57,420 bases of DNA from an uncultured virus (IMG/VR IMGVR_UViG_3300020048_000049) (IMGVR_UViG_3300020048_000049), one strand, 5' to 3'. Counted from the first letter of the stretch, positions 39,877 to 49,802 are shown. Notes: generated by a model not told the origin, from the sequence alone. Made by a program: numbers and translations.

Positions 39877-40731
39877 CATTTCTTTAAATTTTTCTTCAAC
39901 AAATGTTTTTTTATATTTTCCCATGTCTTTAATTACATAAGATTCATATCCTTTTTCGGCTATTTCTTTTAATTTAATCTTGTCTCTATTTTGAACTTGT
40001 TCAACAGAATGTTTTTCAGTTATCTTTTCATAGTGCCACTTACCATTCCAAAGAACAGCTAATTTTAAATCTTCAATTATTACATCTGCGTCCCAACCAT
40101 TAAACATTGGCTCGTTAAATTTAACCTCATTAAATCTTTTTTCACATAGCTCTGCAAAATAAGTTTCATTTTTACTTCGTCTATTTTTACTTTGAACTGA
40201 AACAGAAGCAAGGCCGCCTTTCCTGCCACGACCATTTAAGTTTCCTGATGTTGCGGCACAGCTTCTAGAACAAAAATTTATATTCGTAGTTAATTTTTCA
40301 CAATGTGGACATTTATGTTTACTTTTTTCAAGTCTCTCTTTTTTTTCTTTTTTTTGTTTTATTTTAAACGGGTTCCTTTTTAATGATTCTGTAATTTTTA
40401 ACTTGCTTTCTTCTGAATGTTTCCTTAATTTACCATTAAATGTACCAGCACAATTCATTGAGCAAAAGTTGTTTCTACCTTGTTTTATTTCACATAATTT
40501 TTTAAAAAAAATATTTCCGCAATTTGCACATGGTATGTCTTTAGCTGTACTTACATATTGACTACTACATTTAACAGAGCAAAATTTAACTCGCCCCCTG
40601 TTATGGACTAGTTCGTGTTTAATGTTTGATTTATTAACATAAAATGTATTTTGACAATTATAACATTCACATGGTAGTTTTTCTTTTGATTTAGATAAAT
40701 CAAATTGTTCATTTGTATAAAGTGGTTTCAT
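39856..40731 (-). CDS. Putative homing endonuclease (Cys-rich repeats, NUMOD3-like motif, PD-(D/E)xK/DUF559-like C-terminus)
   Basis: Repeated FCSxxC; HSEESKLKITES; SKNE...WDADV...WNGKWHY...RDKIK. Confidence 0.75.
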   Translation of the reverse strand: MKPLYTNEQFDLSKSKEKLPCECYNCQNTFYVNKSNIKHELVHNRGRVKFCSVKCSSQYVSTAKDIPCANCGNIFFKKLCEIKQGRNNFCSMNCAGTFNGKLRKHSEESKLKITESLKRNPFKIKQKKEKKERLEKSKHKCPHCEKLTTNINFCSRSCAATSGNLNGRGRKGGLASVSVQSKNRRSKNETYFAELCEKRFNEVKFNEPMFNGWDADVIIEDLKLAVLWNGKWHYEKITEKHSVEQVQNRDKIKLKEIAEKGYESYVIKDMGKYKKTFVEEKFKEMLVFLKL

Positions 40732-40820
40732 TTTTCTTTTGTTTATAAATAGTAATAAAAAAGTAGCGCAATTCAAAGTCGAACTAAATCTTTTTTTTAT
40801 TTTTGTTGACCTATACCAAT

Positions 40821-41096
40821 ATGAAAGAAGTAGAAGGCATAAAACAAAAGGTATCAATATCACTATTTGTATACCATATCACAGGATTTGGACTGAACTA
40901 TATTTGCTATGGAGATGCTAAACGCCTTGTAATTGCTGACTCCGATGGATTGGGAGATATAATCTCAGATACTGAATATAAAGGAGAACTTTATTATGAA
41001 GAGTTTCTTGAGATTGCAAAAAACCTACACTTAAAAATGATTGAAGAACAGCTAACGCCTTTTGTGAGAGATGTTAAATGTGGTCTCAATAACTAA
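40821..41096 (+). CDS. Hypothetical protein (leaderless)
   Basis: ATG 5 nt after GACCTATA. Confidence 0.7.
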   Translation: MKEVEGIKQKVSISLFVYHITGFGLNYICYGDAKRLVIADSDGLGDIISDTEYKGELYYEEFLEIAKNLHLKMIEEQLTPFVRDVKCGLNN

Positions 41097-41131
41097 AATT
41101 CTTTTTTTTAATTTAACTGACCTATATTTTT

Positions 41132-41575
41132 ATGAAACATAGACAAAGCATATTCGCAAAATTAGCCACAGCATTAAGTCTAAACAACGATAGGACTGCT
41201 GAGGAGATGCTGGAGCAATACATAAAAGATAATAAGCATACGACCTTATTAGAGAGAATTAAGGCTATTAGAAATAATAGTTACTTTGTTCCTGACTATA
41301 ATAAGCCAAAAGCCTATGCTGATATGGTTATTTATTTTCAGGAAACACCAACGTCTGAGCTTAAACCAATAAGTACTGAAACAATTACCACCTATAAAAG
41401 ACCAGTTGATTTTGGGAATGATATTCAAAGTTGGTTCGATTCTATTCATGCTGACCATTTAAAGGAAATTTCTATTGAGAATAAAAACAAAAAGAAAGAG
41501 GCTTTCGAGCAAATGATGAACGAAAGATATGTAAATGTAAATAAGTTCTTTAACAGAATGTTGCGTGTAGACTAA
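41132..41575 (+). CDS. Hypothetical protein (leaderless)
   Basis: ATG 5 nt after GACCTATA. Confidence 0.75.
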   Translation: MKHRQSIFAKLATALSLNNDRTAEEMLEQYIKDNKHTTLLERIKAIRNNSYFVPDYNKPKAYADMVIYFQETPTSELKPISTETITTYKRPVDFGNDIQSWFDSIHADHLKEISIENKNKKKEAFEQMMNERYVNVNKFFNRMLRVD

Positions 41576-41624
41576 GTTTCTTTTTTTTCTTTTATCTGAC
41601 CTATAATATTATAAAACAAACAAT

Positions 41625-41870
41625 ATGAAAACTCAAACATTTACAGTTACTCTTACTTTCTCAGGCAAAGTTACCAGTGACGATGAAATAAAAGAAACAG
41701 CATTTAAAATTGCCGATGCCCTGCGCCATGAATGTGATTCTGGAAATGGTCTTGCGCCAGAGGATTCTGATTCATATACAAAAGAAATTATTGTATCACA
41801 TGATTTTGTTCCAGAGGCATCAACAGTTGTTGATTTGTCTAAAGCAGCTTCTAAAATTAAACAAGGATAA
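41625..41870 (+). CDS. Hypothetical protein
   Basis: ORF after element. Confidence 0.7.
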   Translation: MKTQTFTVTLTFSGKVTSDDEIKETAFKIADALRHECDSGNGLAPEDSDSYTKEIIVSHDFVPEASTVVDLSKAASKIKQG

Positions 41871-41872
41871 AT

Positions 41873-42229
41873 ATGGAAAAAGAAAACATCTGGAGCGAAA
41901 TTCGCTCTGACTATACAAGCGATGAAGGATTAACTCACATTGACGCATGGGTAAATCCAGACGATGATGAGGACGGAAGAACAATCGCATATATTGATGA
42001 GCGTGGAGCTGTAATCTATAATGATGAACGTGCAAAGACTGATAAGTATGCACAGGAAATGATTACTGAGGCTATTACCAGAATTGATGATGAACGCCAT
42101 GAGCTGGTTGATAAAGTAATTGAAAAACTTAAACAGGATTTTAGAGACGGGGACTATACTGTCATTGATGAGATTCTGGTTCACAACGTATCAATGAGCG
42201 TTCTTAGAAATTCATTGCCAGAAGACTAA
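41873..42229 (+). CDS. Hypothetical acidic protein
   Basis: ORF ending at the next element. Confidence 0.75.
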   Translation: MEKENIWSEIRSDYTSDEGLTHIDAWVNPDDDEDGRTIAYIDERGAVIYNDERAKTDKYAQEMITEAITRIDDERHELVDKVIEKLKQDFRDGDYTVIDEILVHNVSMSVLRNSLPED

Positions 42230-42286
42230 GTTTCTTTTTTTTAAATAACCTGACCTATAAAGATATAACCAATTAAACAAAAAGAT

Positions 42287-42610
42287 ATGGCTGGCCATTT
42301 TCCCCTTAATAAAAAAGAAGAACCAAAGTTATTTAAACTGGTAGAAGATTTAAGAGTTCAACTTCTAATTGCATACTTCAAAGCAAGTGAGTTTGGTAAA
42401 AAACCTGTAGCAAAAAAATATGAGATTATGCACCTGCCAAAGGATTATGCGGACGCCTCAAATGAAATTGTTCTAGCTTTTGGACCAGTCTCCCTGGAGA
42501 GCATAACAGATGAACATCCGTCTCTCACACAGGGTATTAAAGTACAGGTTCATTTTCAAAAAGTCGCAGGAGAAGAAATTGCACTAAAAACAATCTACTG
42601 GGTAGCCTAA
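42287..42610 (+). CDS. Hypothetical protein
   Basis: ORF between elements. Confidence 0.75.
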   Translation: MAGHFPLNKKEEPKLFKLVEDLRVQLLIAYFKASEFGKKPVAKKYEIMHLPKDYADASNEIVLAFGPVSLESITDEHPSLTQGIKVQVHFQKVAGEEIALKTIYWVA

Positions 42611-42643
42611 TTCTTTTTTTTAAAAACTCTGACCTATAAGTTT

Positions 42644-43042
42644 ATGGAAACAAAAAATAAACACACAGGAAAGTTCATGATTGCCTACGACACATTATGT
42701 GAAGGCTGGCAATGTGCAAAAGATGAGGATGAAAATCCAGACCCAATCTTATTCGACAGCTACGATGAAGCTATGGTTGAATTGTTTGGAGATGCTATTG
42801 ATATGCTCGTCAACAAAACAGCCGATGAACTTGAAGAACTTGCTATTACACAGGAGCAGTTTGATGAAATGCAAGCTGTATTAAAAACTGGAGATGCAGG
42901 TTTGATGAAATCTTTCTTAGACCAAAACGAAAGTTGCAACTACAATGATGAGTTCATCATCCCTGCTGATGAGTTTATCTTAGGACGCCAAGCAATTTTT
43001 GGTAGCGAAGGATTAGTAATTACAGGAAAGAAACTCTCTTAA
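42644..43042 (+). CDS. Hypothetical acidic protein (leaderless)
   Basis: D/E-rich; ATG 5 nt after GACCTATA. Confidence 0.75.
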   Translation: METKNKHTGKFMIAYDTLCEGWQCAKDEDENPDPILFDSYDEAMVELFGDAIDMLVNKTADELEELAITQEQFDEMQAVLKTGDAGLMKSFLDQNESCNYNDEFIIPADEFILGRQAIFGSEGLVITGKKLS

Positions 43043-43107
43043 CAGGGAGTTTCTTTTTTTTCTTTTTAATGACCTATAACAATATAACCTCCTAAAATAA
43101 AATAACA

Positions 43108-43299
43108 ATGGCAAAAAAAACGCAAACAGTTTACAACGTATCTTTCTTAGATAAAGACGGTGAACAAATTGACCAAACTCAGATTGATGAAAAAAGTGAT
43201 GATTTGGCGTGGGAACTATTTAAAGAATTTGGACATACCAAAGAAAAAGGAATGTACCTTGAATGGGAAGAAGAAGAGGAAGAAATGGACGAAGATTAA
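43108..43299 (+). CDS. Small, very acidic protein
   Basis: Ends EWEEEEEEMDED. Confidence 0.7.
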   Translation: MAKKTQTVYNVSFLDKDGEQIDQTQIDEKSDDLAWELFKEFGHTKEKGMYLEWEEEEEEMDED

Positions 43300-43410
43300 A
43301 TTAATCATATTGATAATCAGGGAGTTATGAAATATTCATCTCTCCCTTTCTTTTTTTTCTTTCTTCAGACCTATAATTTTAGAAGGAATATAAACACAGA
43401 ATGAGAACTT

Positions 43411-43902
43411 ATGAATACCGATTTTAGAATACTTGCTGAGGAGACTTTTACCTTTAAAGGTGGAAAGTTATATGTTATGTTATTACGTGAAGATGCAAAA
43501 TTTGGCGTTGAAGTGGTTAACCGTGAAAAAACGTTTGGTCGTTTATTTTCTGATGACCGCCAATCAGCTGAATTTCTTTTTGATTCAGTTAAAAACAGAT
43601 TGTTATTATATAAAAAAATAGGAGATGCGGAAGATGCTATTGTATTGTGCTTTGGATTAAAGTCGATGAGCAAGATATTGTTTTCTTTGACTATGGGAGA
43701 CAGAGTAACAAACAATGCTGATATGAAAGAAATTAGATATAAATTTGACCATGATATTCGTCTTAAGTTTGGATACAAAAAGAAGTTAAAAGAATTAAAT
43801 GGTTTGACAATTTACATCTATGAATCAAGAACCTCAAGAAAGCCTTTTGCGCTTTTGTATGGAACCGATAGAGGTGATGATATGTTGTTTGAATTACTTT
43901 AA
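43411..43902 (+). CDS. Hypothetical protein
   Basis: 163 aa ORF after element. Confidence 0.75.
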   Translation: MNTDFRILAEETFTFKGGKLYVMLLREDAKFGVEVVNREKTFGRLFSDDRQSAEFLFDSVKNRLLLYKKIGDAEDAIVLCFGLKSMSKILFSLTMGDRVTNNADMKEIRYKFDHDIRLKFGYKKKLKELNGLTIYIYESRTSRKPFALLYGTDRGDDMLFELL

Positions 43903-43956
43903 AATAAAAAGAAAAACATTTGATTTTTATATCTCTTAATATTATATTTTATATAA

Positions 43957-44030
43957 GAAGAGGTAGCTCAGGTGATAGAGCAATAGTTTGAAACGCTATG
44001 TGTCGCTGGTTTAACTCCATGCTCTCTTCA
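43957..44030 (+). tRNA. tRNA-Phe(GAA), degenerate or pseudo
   Basis: GAAGAGG/TCTCTTC; ATAGT-TT-GAA-AC-GCTAT; irregular T arm GCTGG-TTTAACT-CCATGC. Confidence 0.7.
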
Positions 44031-44114
44031 CTCAGAAATTGTTGTTGTTTGTTTAAGATTAGCCTGGAGAAATTCAGGCTTTTCTTTTTTCTGGAAATCC
44101 TGACCTATAACAAT

Positions 44115-44372
44115 ATGGAAACAAAAACAAATAAAACAGGCGCAACAATTTTAAGAATTGTAGCTAAATGCAGCGATAACTGTTATGCCTCTCTTGAAAC
44201 AAAAGATGGTACAATATTAAAGGAACGTAATTCTTATGTGCCTGAAATGATGCCTGGTGAACACTATGGCGATTATGTTGAAATTGATATCGACATTGCT
44301 ACAGGTAAAATTCTGAATTGGAAAAAACCAAGCGAAGCAGCTCTTAATCGTTTTATTAAAACAGGAAAGTAA
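44115..44372 (+). CDS. Hypothetical phage protein (leaderless)
   Basis: AKCSD...YVP..MPGEHYGDYV.IDID..TG.ILNWKKP. Confidence 0.8.
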   Translation: METKTNKTGATILRIVAKCSDNCYASLETKDGTILKERNSYVPEMMPGEHYGDYVEIDIDIATGKILNWKKPSEAALNRFIKTGK

Positions 44373-44405
44373 TTCTTTTTTTTAAAAACCCTGACCTATA
44401 ACAAT

Positions 44406-44720
44406 ATGATACAAAATATTAAAAATCCGAAATACTTTTTTGTCTGGATAGAAGGCTTCGAACCTAAAACAGGAGAAAAGATAAAGCACTTCAGAAATGA
44501 TGGCAGCATTGAGTATACCTGCGAAATGATGGACGCTATGCGTGTACGCAAAAAAGATATCCCTGCCGTTGAAGAAAAAATGCGCAGCCATGGAATTGCC
44601 AACTGGGTAATGGAAAGTCAGAACACTTTCATTTCAACTTCTTATGCTCCTAAAGGAACAATCTTCGGCAGCGCAGAATATGTTAAACAATTAAATAATA
44701 AAAGACATGGCAGATATTAA
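44406..44720 (+). CDS. Hypothetical protein (leaderless)
   Basis: ATG 5 nt after GACCTATA. Confidence 0.75.
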   Translation: MIQNIKNPKYFFVWIEGFEPKTGEKIKHFRNDGSIEYTCEMMDAMRVRKKDIPAVEEKMRSHGIANWVMESQNTFISTSYAPKGTIFGSAEYVKQLNNKRHGRY

Positions 44721-44901
44721 AGCGCACCATAAACTATATCACCTTTGGGCTGAAGTTAAAGCTGAAGGTAACTCATCTGATTATATTGATGAGATGTGTA
44801 CTCAACTTGAATTGTTTGGAACTGAAAGTAACGGTTTAACCAAACAGGCGATTCATGATAAGTTAGAAAAAGTATTAACTAAGATAAAAGCAACTCTATG
44901 A
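44707..44901 (+). CDS. Hypothetical protein
   Basis: Overlaps neighbours; ATGA coupling downstream. Confidence 0.65.
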   Translation: MADIKAHHKLYHLWAEVKAEGNSSDYIDEMCTQLELFGTESNGLTKQAIHDKLEKVLTKIKATL

Positions 44902-45257
44902 GCTATATACACGAGAAGTTAAGAAAATCGTTTGAACGCACCTTAAAAACTAAGACTGCTAAGAAAAACGAAAAGTATCCAAATGATTTTTGGAAGTGGG
45001 CAGTTAAAAATAAGAACTGTAAGATTGAGTATTACATTTCTTCCTTAGATGACAGCGGCAGAGAAGACCAAAATTATTTTAAGACAAGAAAAGAAATGAC
45101 AGCAGCATGGAAAGAGATGAAACCAGTCAATTATGACATGCACTCTTATAAGTGTCTTACATTGGTTACAGGCGAAGGTGACAATGAGCAAGAAGATTTA
45201 GTTGATGATGAAATTATCAACAGTTTTTATAACGCTGAAGAAGATAATGATGCCTAA
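44898..45257 (+). CDS. Hypothetical protein
   Basis: ORF ending at the next element. Confidence 0.75.
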   Translation: MSYIHEKLRKSFERTLKTKTAKKNEKYPNDFWKWAVKNKNCKIEYYISSLDDSGREDQNYFKTRKEMTAAWKEMKPVNYDMHSYKCLTLVTGEGDNEQEDLVDDEIINSFYNAEEDNDA

Positions 45258-45396
45258 TTCTTTTTTTAAAAAACCTTGACCTATAGATATGAAAGCAGGG
45301 TTTAAAACAAGCCGACATAAAGCAATTCATTGCAAGACTCCGAGATTTACCTGCTTTCTTTTTTTTAAATAACCTGACCTATAAATAAAAAACATT

Positions 45397-45639
45397 ATGG
45401 CAAAAAAACGAAAAAAAACAGAAGGATTTTTTAAATTAGTTAATCATAGAAGTTCTAGAGGATTAGGTGATTTAAAGTCAGCCCATGAAGCTTGTATGCA
45501 ATGTATACAGTTAGCTTTAAGCGAAAAAAGAGACGCAAGTGTTTATTATGTTTTACTAGATACTGACAAAATAATCTCTGAGGAATTAATTTTTTCTTAT
45601 AACATAGAAAGAATTAAGCAGCTGGAGGATGAAATGTAA
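45397..45639 (+). CDS. Hypothetical protein
   Basis: ORF between elements. Confidence 0.7.
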   Translation: MAKKRKKTEGFFKLVNHRSSRGLGDLKSAHEACMQCIQLALSEKRDASVYYVLLDTDKIISEELIFSYNIERIKQLEDEM

Positions 45640-45674
45640 AATTCTTTTTTTTAAATAACCTGACTTATAACATT

Positions 45675-46019
45675 ATGAAAACAAAAGCTTTAAAAATAAT
45701 TCTAATTGGCGTAGAAGGATACGACTTAGAACGTAAAGATGCTGAACACATCCAAGGACAAACATTTACCACTGAGGCATTGGCTAGAACAAAACTTATT
45801 AATAAAGCCTTTCCCATTGACACGGAGATTCGTATCTTAACTCCTGATGAATTCAAAAAGACTTACAGCAAAAAAGTTGCCAAGTCTTTTGATATAGCTT
45901 TAGCTAATGAGGACAAAAGCCAATGCTATAATTTATCTGAGTTTATGGATGAGTTTAATAATCAGGAATTTGGAAGAAAAACTGATGACAATTGGTTCAC
46001 TTACATTTATGTTGCATAA
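45675..46019 (+). CDS. Hypothetical protein (leaderless)
   Basis: Follows variant element GACTTATA. Confidence 0.75.
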   Translation: MKTKALKIILIGVEGYDLERKDAEHIQGQTFTTEALARTKLINKAFPIDTEIRILTPDEFKKTYSKKVAKSFDIALANEDKSQCYNLSEFMDEFNNQEFGRKTDDNWFTYIYVA

Positions 46020-46052
46020 TTCTTTTTTTAAAAAACCTTGACCTATAACAAT

Positions 46053-46556
46053 ATGAAAACAAAAATCAGAACACAAATATCAGACAGCAATGCAATGGGC
46101 TCAGCCTATAAGCACATGTACATACAAATATTAACAGGTCGTTATGGCTCAAAGGATGACGAAAATCTTGAGACTATGGGCTCGATTACTTTTCAAGCAA
46201 ATGCTAGCGAACCCAATTACTGGTATGGAATGAGATTTGTTATCGAAACTGACAGACCTGATTATATTAAGCGCATGGCGCAACTTGCTAAATTTATCAA
46301 AGATAAACGCAGCGATTATAGCGCACAGCCTAAAGAAATTTTAGAAATAATTGGCGCTGAAGAATATGTTCATTTTGATTCAATTGGTTTCGTACCTAGA
46401 GCTTCATATGGCATGGGAGTATTTAAAGTGATGACCGATAAAGGCGGACTATATTCTTATATCATTGCTGAAAATGAAGCAAAGGCTTCTAAACAGCTGG
46501 TAAAGAAAAACATAGCAGGAGCTACACTGGAATTCTATAAAGCAGTAATCTTTTAA
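46053..46556 (+). CDS. Hypothetical protein (leaderless)
   Basis: ATG 5 nt after GACCTATA. Confidence 0.8.
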   Translation: MKTKIRTQISDSNAMGSAYKHMYIQILTGRYGSKDDENLETMGSITFQANASEPNYWYGMRFVIETDRPDYIKRMAQLAKFIKDKRSDYSAQPKEILEIIGAEEYVHFDSIGFVPRASYGMGVFKVMTDKGGLYSYIIAENEAKASKQLVKKNIAGATLEFYKAVIF

Positions 46557-46571
46557 ATATCTAAATCTCCC

Positions 46572-46602
46572 TTTGTTGGGAGATTTTTTTTTAATATATT
46601 TG
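46572..46602 (+). promoter_or_regulatory. Bacteroidota sigma-A-type promoter
   Basis: TTTG-N19-TATATTTG. Confidence 0.55.
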
Positions 46603-46605
46603 TAC

Positions 46606-47667
46606 ATGGCAAAAAAACCCGACATAGGCTCCAAAGAATTTACAAAGCTGCTTGAGCAAACAGCTCATCTCCCTCATAAAAATTACATCAAACGAATTGA
46701 CTCGAAGATGTTTTCTTTAGATTTAAATAAAGTTTATAATTATAAACCAGAGCTACTTGCCATTAAAGAATTCATTCGCTGTGTAGATTTGCTACAGGCT
46801 AGAAATCCTGGAATCTCCCTGCAAGATGCTGCCTTAAGAATCCCTGGCGTACAAAAACTGATAATAAAAGCTGAGTCTCCCCACAGGCCAAAGCTCGAAG
46901 AGCTGGCTATAAATACCATTAGAGAAATATATCAGGTCCCTGAATATATTGATATGAAAGTTTTTATCCAGCCAAGACTCTCCCTGGATACTGAACAGGA
47001 CCATAACCCTGATTCCTTTCTAGGATTAACTCTGGAACAAAAGAATAATATGAGAGATGAAATACAGAAGCGAGTTATCCTGAACGGGCTGGTTCACGGA
47101 AGCAGCATGCATGTCTGGAAAGAAATTTATTATTTGGTATCCAGTGAGCTGGACGAAATCTCTTCAGACTTAAAAGAACTTTATGATTACTATACCTCAA
47201 CACTTGGAATTCAATTATGGTTAATGGACCCAGATGAGTTTCAGGAAACGATTGAAGAAGGAAATCAGATGACTCAAGGATTTAATGAGCTGAAGTTTGA
47301 TAAACAAAAAGGATTTGGTGGACAGGTCCAGGCTAAGGCAATTAATTTCCCTGTCCTGCTTCATGAACTTAATAAAGGAGTCATCGACTGGTTAATATCT
47401 GGCGCCATTCCAAAAGAATATTCTGAAGAAGAATTAAAATATTATTATTCTAAAGCTGATGACTATATCAATGAACCCTGGCATTATACGCTGTCTCCAA
47501 CACTTTGGTCAGGCCTGTTGGATGTGGCTAAGGTGCCAAATGAAAAAATTCCTAAATTAATTTCACATTTAGTGAAACTTTCTTACGAAGAACTCGTACA
47601 ACTGTTTCGAATGATTCAGGATTCACCTGAACAGGCAACTCAAAAAATTAAAGGATGGAATCTCTAA
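46606..47667 (+). CDS. Hypothetical large-phage protein
   Basis: 353 aa; KRVILNGLVHGSS and FPVLLHELNKGV motifs. Confidence 0.85.
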   Translation: MAKKPDIGSKEFTKLLEQTAHLPHKNYIKRIDSKMFSLDLNKVYNYKPELLAIKEFIRCVDLLQARNPGISLQDAALRIPGVQKLIIKAESPHRPKLEELAINTIREIYQVPEYIDMKVFIQPRLSLDTEQDHNPDSFLGLTLEQKNNMRDEIQKRVILNGLVHGSSMHVWKEIYYLVSSELDEISSDLKELYDYYTSTLGIQLWLMDPDEFQETIEEGNQMTQGFNELKFDKQKGFGGQVQAKAINFPVLLHELNKGVIDWLISGAIPKEYSEEELKYYYSKADDYINEPWHYTLSPTLWSGLLDVAKVPNEKIPKLISHLVKLSYEELVQLFRMIQDSPEQATQKIKGWNL

Positions 47668-47843
47668 TAGATTATACAAATAGATTAGCTGCTGAAAATT
47701 GGTTGTGGTCTCGTACTGGAATTGAAATAGCGCCAGCTCCTGTTACAAAACCATCTCCTGTTATTACTCCAGCTCCCAGTCAGGATGACCCATTCAATGT
47801 GCCAGCTCCCAAAATAAATCCTACACCCAAAGGATTCTTATAG
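47655..47843 (+). CDS. Small proline-rich protein
   Basis: PAPVTKPSPVITPAPSQDDPFNVPAPKINPTPKG. Confidence 0.65.
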   Translation: MESLIDYTNRLAAENWLWSRTGIEIAPAPVTKPSPVITPAPSQDDPFNVPAPKINPTPKGFL

Positions 47844-47894
47844 CTGCTTTCTTTTTTTTATTTTATATGACCTATAATAAAAAACAAAGAAGCA

Positions 47895-48098
47895 ATGAGA
47901 AAATATATCGAAATAGTTAAAGACAAAACAGGCGTGGTAGTTGACCGTATTGATATTACGGACAAGAGCGAACGCTCTATAGAAAGATGTGAAGGCGGAG
48001 TTTTAATCAACCTGAATCATAAAGAATTCCACACCAGAGTGAGAGAATACAAATTTAGAATGCCGAAGTCAGATGAGTCTTTGGAAACCCAAAATTGA
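47895..48098 (+). CDS. Hypothetical protein
   Basis: ORF between elements. Confidence 0.7.
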   Translation: MRKYIEIVKDKTGVVVDRIDITDKSERSIERCEGGVLINLNHKEFHTRVREYKFRMPKSDESLETQN

Positions 48099-48164
48099 CC
48101 TCTTTCTTTTTTTTTAAATAACCTGACCTATAATAATATAAACAACAACTTAATACTGAAAATT

Positions 48165-48881
48165 ATGAAAACTACTGAAAACAAAAAAGCAAAACAAGTT
48201 GAACAAGTAGCACTTGATAAAGCGTGTGCAACCGCAATGCAAACAGGAACAAAATCTGAGGCAAGCAATGCTTTCAATCAATTATATAAGCGTTACAATA
48301 AAGCGATTACTTTTGAGTTAATGAAATTCGTTAAGGCTGACAAAGAAGTAATTGAAGATTTGACGCAAGAAGTTTTTATCAAAGTATTTGAGAAAATCAA
48401 TACATATAATTTCTCTGTTGTTTTTTCAACTTGGTTATACAAAATTGCACACAATCACGCAATTGATTACAAGCGTAATGATAAAGTTGAAATATTAAGT
48501 GTTGAGAAATTATCTAAAGGATTTAATGGAGATGAGGATTCTGGTGAGTTATCTTTTCAACTTAAAGATTTAACTATTCAAGAGTTCCAAGGCTTAGAAA
48601 GAAAAGAACGTGCTGAAATGGTTCTTGATGCCTTAGCAAACATTAAGTCTGATGATGCAAGACAAATCGTTAAGTTATTATTTCTTGAAGATATGTCTTA
48701 TGAGAAAGTAGCCGAAGAAGTTAAAATGCCTTTAGGTACAATCAAAGCATTAATGTTTCGTGCTAAAGAAGAGATGAAAAATTATCTTTCAGTTAAAAGA
48801 AAAGATTTCGAATACGGTAGACTTTGCACCACAAAATTAAAAGTTACACACCGTGAAACTGAAGATGTAGAGTTGTCATAA
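48165..48881 (+). CDS. ECF-type RNA polymerase sigma-70 factor (SigW-like)
   Basis: Region 2: AFNQLYKRY...EDLTQEVFIKVF...FSTWLYKIAHNHAIDYKR. Region 4: MSYEKVAEEVKMPLGTIKALMFRAK. Confidence 0.95.
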   Translation: MKTTENKKAKQVEQVALDKACATAMQTGTKSEASNAFNQLYKRYNKAITFELMKFVKADKEVIEDLTQEVFIKVFEKINTYNFSVVFSTWLYKIAHNHAIDYKRNDKVEILSVEKLSKGFNGDEDSGELSFQLKDLTIQEFQGLERKERAEMVLDALANIKSDDARQIVKLLFLEDMSYEKVAEEVKMPLGTIKALMFRAKEEMKNYLSVKRKDFEYGRLCTTKLKVTHRETEDVELS

Positions 48882-48896
48882 AAAAATAAAATAAAT

Positions 48897-48939
48897 AAAA
48901 AGTCCTACCGATTCAACATTGGTGGGACTTTTGTTTTTT
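48897..48939 (+). terminator. Intrinsic terminator after the sigma gene
   Basis: AAAAGTCCTACC...GGTGGGACTTTT plus T-run. Confidence 0.7.
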
Positions 48940-48961
48940 ATTTCCATATTTAGAATTAATA

Positions 48962-49225
48962 ATGGAACTTAAAAAAGCAAAATCTCTAGTCAATGATATC
49001 TTAGATATCTGTGCTCAGTTTGAAGACGAGACATTAAGTGAGGCGTGTTCGGGAATTTATAATGATATCCAAGCTGCTAAAAACGTTGAAAACGTTATCT
49101 CCAGCGCAAGAGAATTAATGGTGTTTTTAAACGACTCTCCCTGGGAAGATTCAGAAGTTTCAGAATTAAAAGATGAGGCTGAAGATATCTTCAATAAATT
49201 AATGGAAGAGTATGACGAGTTTTAA
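48962..49225 (+). CDS. Hypothetical acidic protein
   Basis: D/E-rich 87 aa ORF. Confidence 0.75.
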   Translation: MELKKAKSLVNDILDICAQFEDETLSEACSGIYNDIQAAKNVENVISSARELMVFLNDSPWEDSEVSELKDEAEDIFNKLMEEYDEF

Positions 49226-49257
49226 TTTGCTTTTAATTTAAACTTTTTTTATATTTG
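49226..49257 (+). promoter_or_regulatory. Bacteroidota sigma-A-type promoter
   Basis: TTTG-N20-TATATTTG. Confidence 0.7.
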
Positions 49258-49281
49258 TAGGGTAATTTTAAATCTAAACAA

Positions 49282-49800
49282 ATGAAATCGTTAATTCCTG
49301 TAATCTCCCTAGCTCTCATTATTTTTTCTTCAGTATTAGCCTCAATATTTGGTATTGGAATTATGGTCATGGACCTGTACACAGGAGGAGATGATTTCAT
49401 GATGGGCTTCACCACGTTTTTTTTAGGAACAATTTTATTCTTCGTATGTGTCATCGCATATATCTGTACAAAAATTAATGATAAGCTTTCTGTAGTTGTA
49501 GACTCAATGATAAACTTTTTTGATTTCGAAATTAATAAAGGAGTTTCTCCTGCAGCTCTATCAAATCTATTTTCAGGATTCACTGGACAGCCAGCTGAAA
49601 TAAAAGTGATGGGCTCAGAACAAAGTGAAGAAGCTGATAAACTAATCAAACTATTGTTTGGACAAAATGTAAAAACAAAAAAAACATTAGAACAAATGAA
49701 TGCAACTGAGCTGGAAGCTGAGAAAGCTAAAGCTGTTGATGTTCAGGATTTTGAAACAGCCGCAAAGATACAGGTGCTAATTGATGCTCTAAAAAAGTAA
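49282..49800 (+). CDS. Membrane protein with C-terminal UVR (UvrB/C) motif
   Basis: Two hydrophobic helices; EKAKAVDVQDFETAAKIQ. Confidence 0.7.
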   Translation: MKSLIPVISLALIIFSSVLASIFGIGIMVMDLYTGGDDFMMGFTTFFLGTILFFVCVIAYICTKINDKLSVVVDSMINFFDFEINKGVSPAALSNLFSGFTGQPAEIKVMGSEQSEEADKLIKLLFGQNVKTKKTLEQMNATELEAEKAKAVDVQDFETAAKIQVLIDALKK

Positions 49801-49802
49801 CT

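Noticed and set aside
1152..46052. Shared N-terminal peptide MTYNN/MLTY on many ORFs
   Set aside because: It is the translation of TTG-ACC-TAT-AA in the class I element; the real starts are downstream ATGs.
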